The notes below the pieces were generated by a model. That model searched no databases. It had not been told where the DNA came from and worked only from the letters and a program-made list of their open reading frames with translations. From positions 32,001 through 96,000 of the IMG/VR virus record IMGVR_UViG_3300013901_000007: a stretch of DNA of 64,000 nt; one strand, 5' to 3'. Origin of the DNA: a virus. Its lineage: Duplodnaviria > Caudoviricetes. Positions 1 through 8,600 of the stretch are shown here, in pieces (the stretch's first letter is position 1; every line of letters starts with the position of its first letter). A program made the translations under genes and the position numbers.

Positions 1-23
1 TCTGGTTTTAATAAATCTAACAT
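1..23 (-). CDS. 5' end of a gene running off the window (MLDLLKP...)
   Basis: ATG at 23 with AAGGAG RBS upstream; only 7 codons visible. Confidence 0.5.
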
Positions 24-74
24 AATTTTTTTATTCTCCTTTTGTTTCGTAATTTTTATTGTACTTCATATTTA

Positions 75-1106
75 TTAGAAATCAATATCAAATTTATCTG
101 CATTTAATGTTTGAGGAGTTGATTGAGTAGTAGTTTGTGGAGTATTTCCGAAATTCATATTCATACCAACTTTAGCTTTATTATTGCCCCTATTGGCTCT
201 ATTTGCAGTATTATCAGCGATGTGTTCGTCACGAATAACTAAACCCTTCTTTATCATATCTTTAGTAATAGCACCTGACATTCCTTCTTCTAAAGGTATT
301 TTGCCATATTCTCTACCAAGAATAATTCTTTCTCTGGTAAAAGTGGTTTTAATTTGTTTTTGAGTTGTAGCGCCCCATGCAAATGAATCCTCGACTATTG
401 GAGCATCACTTTCTACTTGTTGAGTAATATTAATTATTTTACCAGTGAAATTAGCAGTATTACCAACAGTATAGTTGTTTCTAATAAATTCCGCTTTATT
501 ATCGTCTGTAGGAACTATAAAATTAATTTTGTCCATACGGCCATCATATTGTGGTAAAAAACATTGTAAAATTAATCTACCTGTAGGTTCTAAAGATTCT
601 GTTTCTTTGTTGTGTTTTGTTTCTTCAACTATTTTATCAATATAAACATCAACAGAGAAAGTGGCCGCTGGGGTAAATTGTTGAGTATCACTAACTGTTT
701 TAACTTTTGCTGAAAAACCTTTAAGTAAGATCATACTTCTTTCGTTGTTATCAATTTTTGACGCGTATTCCTCAAACTTTGCTCTCACAAACACTTTAGT
801 AGCTTGTCCCATAGCCATTTGGAATGTGGCATTTGGATTAGCTTTAATAAAATTACCTATAGTATTGGTTTGTAAAGGTAAAAGTGCTTCTAAGTCGTTA
901 TAATTCTTATTGGGTTGATGATTTTTATCAAACTTAGTAACATAGAAACTTACTTTGTGGGCATCAATTTCTGAAGTTGCAATAACTAAAGAACCTTTGA
1001 TACATGGTTGACCATCCTTCGTTGTAAATGTGTCTAAAGTGTTCTCTTTTAAATAACCTGTGATACTAACGAAATTTCTTCCTTTGAATTTTACATTTTC
1101 TGTCAT
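75..1106 (-). CDS. putative single-stranded DNA-binding protein (two OB-fold-like halves, acidic tail)
   Basis: Start re-called at MTENVK (GGAGG upstream); two beta-rich halves, Q/T/N-rich linker, C-terminal DKFDIDF typical of SSBs. Confidence 0.6.
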   Translation of the reverse strand: MTENVKFKGRNFVSITGYLKENTLDTFTTKDGQPCIKGSLVIATSEIDAHKVSFYVTKFDKNHQPNKNYNDLEALLPLQTNTIGNFIKANPNATFQMAMGQATKVFVRAKFEEYASKIDNNERSMILLKGFSAKVKTVSDTQQFTPAATFSVDVYIDKIVEETKHNKETESLEPTGRLILQCFLPQYDGRMDKINFIVPTDDNKAEFIRNNYTVGNTANFTGKIINITQQVESDAPIVEDSFAWGATTQKQIKTTFTRERIILGREYGKIPLEEGMSGAITKDMIKKGLVIRDEHIADNTANRANRGNNKAKVGMNMNFGNTPQTTTQSTPQTLNADKFDIDF

Positions 1107-1202
1107 AATTTTTTCCTTTTTGCCTCCGATATGTATATAAAAAATTGTAACGAATGAGGGTAAACCCCACAATCTATATTACTGGTTCGCACCAGAATAT
1201 GT

Positions 1203-1382
1203 TTAACGTTGGTTCCATCCTAACATGAAACGAATAAATGCTGGAATTTTTTCTAAAGGTGTGTTCCAGTAAATACAATAACAAACAAGATCTACAGCTA
1301 CTACTATAAGAGCGAGAATCGATACTAAGAAAATGACTCCCATGACTGGATCTTGTTTGAATCGTGTGATGAATCTTTTCAT
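1203..1382 (-). CDS. 59-aa single-pass membrane protein (not in ORF track)
   Basis: MKRFITRFKQDPVMGVIFLVSILALIVVAVDLVCYCIYW...; AAAGGAG RBS; own promoter. Confidence 0.7.
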   Translation of the reverse strand: MKRFITRFKQDPVMGVIFLVSILALIVVAVDLVCYCIYWNTPLEKIPAFIRFMLGWNQR

Positions 1383-1415
1383 TTTGCTTTTACTCCTTTC
1401 TTAATTTCTATTTAT

Positions 1416-1444
1416 ACTATATAACTTTTTTTAAAGTGTTGCAA
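1416..1444 (-). promoter_or_regulatory. sigmaA-type promoter TTGCAA-17-TATAGT
   Basis: Near-consensus hexamers with 17-bp spacing upstream of the 59-aa ORF. Confidence 0.55.
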
Positions 1445-1495
1445 GTACCAAATTGAATTTTTTATTTTTTTTTGATTTGCACCACTCACACTCTT

Positions 1496-1524
1496 ATTAT
1501 ATAGAAAAAAATATAAATATACAA
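1496..1524 (-). promoter_or_regulatory. sigmaA-type promoter TTGTAT-17-TATAAT
   Basis: Perfect -10 and 17-bp spacer in an intergenic region. Confidence 0.55.
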
Positions 1525-1540
1525 GAACAAAATCTTTTTT

Positions 1541-2209
1541 TTATTTACTTAATATAGAGTTGGTTAATTTGTCGCACTTTAGACGAGGAAGTAAAATATC
1601 TAAAATTTCTTTTACCACATCTTCTAATGATCTAGATGCATCAATTAAAATACATTGCCAATGAGTACCAAAATCAAACCTTCTTTGTACTTCTTTAAAT
1701 GCTTCTCTTACTTGTTTGTGAAACTCTATACTTTCTTGGTCAAATCGATCAGCTTTGCGGTTAGGATCTGCAGCTATTCTTTCTAATGCAACTTCTATTG
1801 GCACGTCGAGAATAAATGTAATATCAGGAAATACTAATCCTCCATCAATAGCATTTAGATTTAAATCATAGACAAAGTCTATACCTAATTTCTTTACTAC
1901 ACCTTGATAAGCAAGAGAAGAATGTATATAGCGGTCAGTAATAACAATCTTATTATTTTTAAGAGCAGGCAATATTTTTTTATAAACATGTTGAGCTCTA
2001 GCCGAGGCATATAAATATGCTTCAGTGAGGGGTAACATATCTGTGTTATTAGGATTCAATAAAATTTGACGGATTTGTTCAGAAATAGAAGTACCACCTG
2101 GTTCACGTGTCACCTCTAAATTATATCCTTGATTTTTTAAATATATAGTTATTGCATTAATGACTGAAGTTTTTCCACAACCATCAACACCCTCAAAATT
2201 AATAAACAT
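1541..2209 (-). CDS. tmk: thymidylate kinase
   Basis: FEGVDGCGKT P-loop, TREPGGT, DRYIHSSLAYQG, PDITFILDV motifs. Confidence 0.95.
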   Translation of the reverse strand: MFINFEGVDGCGKTSVINAITIYLKNQGYNLEVTREPGGTSISEQIRQILLNPNNTDMLPLTEAYLYASARAQHVYKKILPALKNNKIVITDRYIHSSLAYQGVVKKLGIDFVYDLNLNAIDGGLVFPDITFILDVPIEVALERIAADPNRKADRFDQESIEFHKQVREAFKEVQRRFDFGTHWQCILIDASRSLEDVVKEILDILLPRLKCDKLTNSILSK

Positions 2210-2238
2210 AAAATTCTCCTTTCTTATAATTTGACACT

Positions 2239-2267
2239 ATTATAAAAAAGATAATTTAAAAAATCAA
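2239..2267 (-). promoter_or_regulatory. sigmaA-type promoter TTGATT-17-TATAAT for tmk
   Basis: Consensus match followed by AAAGGAG RBS. Confidence 0.65.
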
Positions 2268-2302
2268 GAATAAATTATAAAATATTCTACTATAAATAAA
2301 TA

Positions 2303-2320
2303 ATACAAAACAAACCATCG
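2303..2320 (+). repeat. left 18-bp inverted repeat ATACAAAACAAACCATCG (putative invertase site)
   Basis: Exact reverse complement of 3819-3836; encodes IQNKPS in frame with the 2339 ORF. Confidence 0.9.
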
Positions 2321-2644
2321 TTACATTTAACACAGTTTATGAATATATCTGGCTATACCTTAGACGATGATGAAGAATTTTGTTTATATTGGATTGGTTC
2401 GCCTAATAATATAAAAAATGATATTGATAAAATATCATTTATTCAAATCCTTTCTCTTTGTGTAAGAAACCCCCATGTGGCTTCACCTTACTACAATCAA
2501 TTAAGAATAACTCAGATAAAGAAAACCACTGGTTCCTTACAACTATGTTTCGTAGATGATAGTAGTACTTCTACAAGTGAAAAATCTGTTGAATTGACTA
2601 GTAGTAATATTTTACAAGATGACGTTTTTGACCTTGTAAAATGA
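2303..2644 (+). CDS. silent alternative C-terminal cassette for the 3546-3908 gene
   Basis: Only credible plus-strand ORF in the region; no RBS before ATG 2339; open frame extends back through the repeat (IQNKPS-LHLTQF-MNISG...). Confidence 0.8.
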   Translation: MQNKPSLHLTQFMNISGYTLDDDEEFCLYWIGSPNNIKNDIDKISFIQILSLCVRNPHVASPYYNQLRITQIKKTTGSLQLCFVDDSSTSTSEKSVELTSSNILQDDVFDLVK

Positions 2645-2678
2645 TAATTTTATATATAATAATTATTAAAAATACTAT

Positions 2679-2711
2679 AAAAATATCCAGGGCATTGCCC
2701 TGGATATTTTT
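2679..2711. terminator. bidirectional intrinsic terminator
   Basis: AAAAATATCCAGGGC-att-GCCCTGGATATTTTT between convergent ORFs. Confidence 0.8.
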
Positions 2712-2725
2712 TCAACCCATAATTA

Positions 2726-3349
2726 TTATTTAATATGTGGTTGTATTTCTTTATTATCTATCAAACGTTTTACATATACATTTACAGTTGTAATTTTAGC
2801 ATGTATGTGTTTAGAAATATAATAAGATGTTTTACCTTCGCTCCATCTTTTAATAATATAGTCTTTATATTTATCTAATTTATATTGTTTATTATGAGTT
2901 CCTTCTTTTCTACCTAATTGTATACCCATTGCTTTACGCATTTTAAGAGCCTCTTTAGTACGTTGAGAAATTAGATTACGCTCCAATTCGGCGGCCAACC
3001 CAAAAGCAAAAGCTAATACTTTTGCATTAATACCATCATCAAGAATATATCTTTCTTTGGTTGTATAGATTGAAATTTCATTTTCTAAACAATAGTTTAA
3101 AAAAGACATAATCATCATTAAAGAACGTCCCAAACGACTTAATTCAGTACAAATAATTATATCTCCTTTTTTTATATTTTTAAGTATACCACCTAGTTTA
3201 CGTTTTTCTATAGAAACAGTACCAGATTCAGATTCTTCTACCCAGTGATTAATTTTAAAATTTTTATTTTCACAAAAATTATTAATTTCAAAACGTTGAT
3301 TTTCCACTGTTTGTTTATCAGTACTAACACGAACATAAGCTATTATCAT
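2726..3349 (-). CDS. serine recombinase / DNA invertase, Mpi-like
   Basis: YVRVSTDKQTVENQRFEI catalytic Ser motif, ELSRLGRS, KVLAFAFGLAAELERNLISQRTKEAL, C-terminal HTH. Confidence 0.92.
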   Translation of the reverse strand: MIIAYVRVSTDKQTVENQRFEINNFCENKNFKINHWVEESESGTVSIEKRKLGGILKNIKKGDIIICTELSRLGRSLMMIMSFLNYCLENEISIYTTKERYILDDGINAKVLAFAFGLAAELERNLISQRTKEALKMRKAMGIQLGRKEGTHNKQYKLDKYKDYIIKRWSEGKTSYYISKHIHAKITTVNVYVKRLIDNKEIQPHIK

Positions 3350-3478
3350 AATGAATCTCCTTTCTAACTTTGTCTTATTTTTATTTTAAATTATTTAAAA
3401 AGAAAAAACAAAATTTAAGTGTAAATATATTAAAAAAGAAAGCCTATTAATAATTTAATAAATATATAATAATTGAAA

Positions 3479-3514
3479 AAATATCCCTTAAAATATATAT
3501 TATTAGGGATATTT
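3479..3514 (-). terminator. hairpin after the expressed cassette
   Basis: AAATATCCCT...AGGGATATTT stem followed by a T-run on the minus strand. Confidence 0.55.
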
Positions 3515-3545
3515 AATATTGAAAAACAACTAATAATAGATATTA

Positions 3546-3908
3546 TTATTTAAATGTTCCTCTTATAATATGAGAATGGGATGCACATGTTAATTTGCCT
3601 AGATTACCACTCATTTGAAGTTCATCAATATCTTTTTTGACCCAACTACCATCTGTTTGTAAAACTAAAAATAATCCACTTTCATATTGTAAAGCAATTT
3701 GTGATCTGCCACCACTTCGAGGTGTATAAATTTCGTAAAAGGTGTTATCTAATGAGACATTAGAGTTTTCAGTTGCAATAGTACCTCCACTTGTACTAGC
3801 ATTTTGTGCCACAAAAACCGATGGTTTGTTTTGTATATTACTCCATTCGGTTTGAGGATATAAAATATCCCCCGCTGCATTTTTTAATTTAACATTAATA
3901 TTTGCCAT
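3546..3908 (-). CDS. small fibre/receptor-binding-like protein: constant 30-aa N-terminus plus invertible C-terminus
   Basis: ILYPQT and WSNIQNKPS are motifs common in phage tail-fibre proteins; contains the right inverted repeat; AAGGAG RBS. Confidence 0.7.
   Translation of the reverse strand: MANINVKLKNAAGDILYPQTEWSNIQNKPSVFVAQNASTSGGTIATENSNVSLDNTFYEIYTPRSGGRSQIALQYESGLFLVLQTDGSWVKKDIDELQMSGNLGKLTCASHSHIIRGTFK
3819..3836 (-). repeat. right 18-bp inverted repeat (inside coding sequence, IQNKPS)
   Basis: cgatggtttgttttgtat is the exact reverse complement of 2303-2320. Confidence 0.9.
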
Positions 3909-4016
3909 AAAAATTCTCCTTAATTTTGAAAAGCTATTAATAAAATAATCTTTTTATTAATATATTATAGATCCTCGAAATTTGGGATCTGTGAATATTT
4001 ATTGATTTGAGTTGCA

Positions 4017-4319
4017 CTAAACCTTTTCGTAAAAAACACCTGTTAAAGAATAATAATTGTCTACAATATCTGTTTGATATTGTTGTTTTAATTTCATAAT
4101 TTCATCACTAAATAATACTTGAAAGGTTTGATTGTTTAAATTAATACCTGAGAAGAAATAATCAAAACTTGCTTTCATTGAAGTAGAGGTATTTTTTAAA
4201 ACATTAATATCTTTACTATATTCTTCATAAGAAACGTAAATTGTAGGAATAATCCCTATAGCTTTAACCGCCGCATCAATTTGCGCCCCTGAATATTTAC
4301 TTGTGTATGGTTCTGCCAT
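4017..4319 (-). CDS. small virion/fibre-associated protein
   Basis: N-terminal YTSKYSGAQIDAAV resembles tail-fibre anchor motifs; follows baseplate genes. Confidence 0.5.
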   Translation of the reverse strand: MAEPYTSKYSGAQIDAAVKAIGIIPTIYVSYEEYSKDINVLKNTSTSMKASFDYFFSGINLNNQTFQVLFSDEIMKLKQQYQTDIVDNYYSLTGVFYEKV

Positions 4320-4334
4320 AACTTGGTCCTCCTT

Positions 4335-5591
4335 TTAATTAATAAATGGTAAGTTCGTTAAGTTGCTTAATGAAACACTCATAGTGCCTCCATAATCTAA
4401 CCCACACGATATGCTTTGAATTAAAAAGCGTTGATTTACCATGTCGAAGAAAGCATTATTAATAGCAATTAAACTATTAACTGTAAGTAAGGGGTTAAAA
4501 GCGATATTTAAGCTTGTGGAACTTTTGAGAATTAACTGCTTACGCAACTCATATTTAGCACGTTCTTCGGCTAAATAATTTGATGTAATATTACTATCAT
4601 TAATAATACTACCTGTACGATAACCAATACGTTGACAACACAAAGGGGAAGCTGGATCATCGTTTACAGCAACCGCTTTAAATACTCCATTAGACTCATT
4701 AGAAGTTCCTGTGACTATAATACGATTTATAATTGATGTCATATCGAAATCAAAAGATAATTGTTCATAATCTCCATCAACTCCAGTAACTGTAGTTAAT
4801 AAAGGTTTATCCTGATCAGTGGTTGTCTCACTAGTAGGAACTAAGGTTAAAATGCCCTGACTATTATAAAAAATTTCTGCAGATAATTGAGTAGCAAGTT
4901 CAATTAAAATGCTACCAAAAGTTTCTCCAGCACTTTTTGAAATACTTGCCTGGGTCCTTTTGTCTTTAAAAGAAGAATGATAAATAATCCTTTTACTATC
5001 GAGAGGATATCCATTACCCATGTCGTAATGGATAATTCCTTCTATAGCACTTTGTATTAAAGTTCCCACAGGAATTTCATAAGTCAATTCGAGAGTACCT
5101 GTCTTGTTTTCAAATAAAGCAAATTTATCACTTGCTTCAATAGAAACGGTTTCCTCTCCTTGAGATTGAGACACTGATGCTTTAGCAACAATAAAAACAC
5201 CTTTTTGTACCCAAATTGTTGTACCATCTAATGTTTCGATACCAAGATCAAGTCTTAAACGAGTTCCTGCCCAAAAGATATTAATATTAGGAGTGTATTT
5301 ACCTTCTCCATTATAAAGTTGAAAACTCAACGAACGACGTTGACCATCTTGATAGTTTTCAGAATAATTTCCCCCTGCAACAATATCTGCAAGGGGAATT
5401 TCAAAATTAATAGTTTCGTCTGGATATAATACATAAATTTTATAACGAGGAGTATTAACAGAAGAATCAATGACTTGCATTAAATCTGTAATAGTATACT
5501 TATCGTTCAAATTTGAATCTTGTCCATAAGAAACGCTGTTTATAGATAAAGCGAGAACATCACCATTGGTTAATTGATAAGTAGATTTCAT
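4335..5591 (-). CDS. baseplate hub / tail tip protein
   Basis: RRSLSFQL, GVFIV, IEASDKF, FYNSQGIL, NRIIVTG, AEERAKYEL pattern typical of hub proteins; position after tape measure. Confidence 0.7.
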   Translation of the reverse strand: MKSTYQLTNGDVLALSINSVSYGQDSNLNDKYTITDLMQVIDSSVNTPRYKIYVLYPDETINFEIPLADIVAGGNYSENYQDGQRRSLSFQLYNGEGKYTPNINIFWAGTRLRLDLGIETLDGTTIWVQKGVFIVAKASVSQSQGEETVSIEASDKFALFENKTGTLELTYEIPVGTLIQSAIEGIIHYDMGNGYPLDSKRIIYHSSFKDKRTQASISKSAGETFGSILIELATQLSAEIFYNSQGILTLVPTSETTTDQDKPLLTTVTGVDGDYEQLSFDFDMTSIINRIIVTGTSNESNGVFKAVAVNDDPASPLCCQRIGYRTGSIINDSNITSNYLAEERAKYELRKQLILKSSTSLNIAFNPLLTVNSLIAINNAFFDMVNQRFLIQSISCGLDYGGTMSVSLSNLTNLPFIN

Positions 5592-5611
5592 AGTGTTCTT
5601 CCCCCTTATTT

Positions 5612-8600
5612 TTATTTGTTTATATTATATAATGATTCAATTGAATATGCAACTGCTTTTTCAGTTTTTTGTTGTTGTTTAATATTAGTGTTTATAGATT
5701 GTTTTTCCCAAATAGGGACACAACTATTATTGTTTAAATTTTGTTCAAAAAATTCAGAATTAATCAACGATATAATAGCTGTGTCTGTTTTTTCAATTTG
5801 TTTCCAAGAAAAACTAATTGTATCAGGATAATTATGTGTAAAATTATTAGTAGTATTAGAACTTTCTGTGATTTGAACAATCCAACTTTCACCTTTTAAA
5901 TTACGCAATAATTTTGGATTTTTTGAATAAACAAATTGTCGCCACAATAATAACATAGTATTTGCATCATTGGTAGAAATTGGTTGATTACGAGCATAAG
6001 GCATACGTTCAATATATCCTATTTTAGATAAAGGCACAATTTCGCTGCCTAAATAACAACTTACTGAACCTGATAAAGTATTACGAAGACCATGACCATA
6101 ACGGTTAAATTGACCCAAAGTGTTAATTTCGTTTTTAGCCATTGTTTGTGTAAGACTACCAGTATCCAATGAATATTTAAATAACCAAATATTTGTAGGA
6201 TTAATTGTATAATTTAAAGCTGCAATAGGTGCGTCAATTAATTCTTCATTAGGAATTAATTCAACTAAACTCCAATAATCAAAATTAATTTCAACTGGTT
6301 TACTATATTGAGATTTAAATTGAAGATCAATACTACTAAATGGCTGAGTATATTGAACTGGGGTGTTTGCATAAATATAATTAACTTTTATATCTGTGGC
6401 AGTATTTTCAATATTAGGGAAAATAATATATTGGTAAGAATAATTATTTTTAATATTATAATCTTTAATTTTAATATTTATATTTCCACTAGCTGCTTCT
6501 TTACCATCTACAGTCACATTTAATGCTACTGGATACCACTGATCTCCAATAACTGTTATAGTTTTATCAGAAATACCATCTTTATACATTGTGCGATATT
6601 CTCTTTTAAAAACACTAAATGAAGTTAAACCTAATTGGGTAAGATCACTATTAGAATTTCTCCAAGCGGGATTAATAGTAATATCAACACAAGCATTACA
6701 TTTATCGAAAATAGCGGTGAATTGACTTAAATATTGAGTAAATACACTTGAAAGAGAACCGCTTTCAACTACCACAATTTCTTTTTTATGTATTGTATTA
6801 CCTAAATCATCTTCTAAATATAAATGAACTATATATGGAGTTTCACTTATATTTTGTTCACTTTCTTGAGTAAATAAGCCATAAAAATTAACGTTAATTT
6901 CTTTATCATAACGACGACCAGTATCTTGTAAAACAGTTTCATCGACAATATTGTCTAAAGCATCAGTATAATTTTCAGGATTAAATGTATATCCTTCTTT
7001 AAAAGTAGGCTTACTAACGACCCATCTATATGCTTCCCAAGAACCACCTTGTTGTTGATTATATATACCTGTTAAATTTAAACGATATCCCGAAGTTAAA
7101 TCAACAATGGCAGCATTTGCAAATAAATGACTCTGTTGTACACCAATAGAAGTAGGAAAATTAATTCCTTGTGCTTCTCCTATCCATAATCTACCATAAG
7201 TATTTTCAAATTCATCTTTATCTTCTGAAGTTAAATTTGGATGATTCTCATGCCAATTTATAATTGTATCCGTAGTACATTCTGTTTTATTTGGTTCTTG
7301 TGAAAAAGTTCCCTTATAATGTGCTGGAATTTCAACAGTATTACTTATATTATTTAATAAACTGGTTGGTAAATTTATTACACTTTTTTCAACATTTGGT
7401 GTAACAGAATATTCTAAAAAATCGCTCATAATTATTGAAAAATCAGTAGATTCTTCATCAAATTCTACCCCATTAGGTGCTTTGAACCCTTTTTTAGAAT
7501 TATAAATATCAAAAGAAACATAAGGTTTTTGATTGTTTGTGTCTAAAACAGTAAATTCTCGAGATAATTTATCCTGATTTTCTAATAATATAGTACGATA
7601 AATTCCTATATAAGGATCCTCATATAAGTAAAAAGGATTTTCATCACTAGTTTTAAAAAATGAAATTAATTTATATTTATATGGAATTTCATCAGATGTT
7701 GTGTGTTGCAGTGACAAATAACTTAATAAAGGACTCTCCAATTGATTGTGAGTAATGTACCATAGATTCTTATTTACACTTTTGATTGATAAATAATTTT
7801 GTTTATATTGATTATCTTGTAATTTTATAACATTACCCTTAAACTTCAACAACATTTGTTCTGATATTCCTATAAATGGTGATATATAAGTACGTTCTTT
7901 AGTATTATACAATAATATAGCAGTATATAAGTCAGTATTATTCAAAAAGACTTTTGTGTCTGTTGAAACTTTTACCACAGATTTGCCATTTTCTGCCCCT
8001 TCTTCAATATAAAAATAAAGAGGTTTATTTTGTGAAAAATCAAAATCAATGATTTTTGTTGATAAACCAGGGGTGGTTTTTATAACTTGTATAAGATCCA
8101 CTTGAAGATCATCATTAATTAAGTTCACATGGGGCGCTAAAAATACACTAATTGAGAATGTTTCTCCACTATTTTTATTTAAATCATTCCAAGATATTTT
8201 ATATATATAATCACTTAAAGGAGCTAGATTAGTAATTTGTTTGGTATTATTAATATATAAATCTACACTATTATTATTTGGATTATGAATTATTAAAGTT
8301 AATTCATCATATATATTTTCTTGTAATGTTATTGTAGGTTTTATTAAGGATGTTTTAGTGGCACCAATTTTTAATGCGGTGCTTGGTGTTTTATAATACA
8401 AAGTTTTTTCCGTGATATTATCACTTGTTGGATTGCCTGGAATAATTTGGACATAAGTAGAAGTATTACTTCGGAAAGTTTGTGTAGCATTATAAGTTAC
8501 ATAAGACTCTATTGTAACCGATCTGTTGTTTTTTTTATCGTTTGAAAGAATAAAACTATAAGAAGTGGTAGTTATATCATTTAATTCGGTAAAATTAGTT

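Noticed and set aside
3623-3634. 12-nt match between the putative omega-RNA guide (57134-57145) and the invertible cassette
   Set aside because: Short and AT-rich, with no convincing TAM beside it; plausible by chance in 64 kb.
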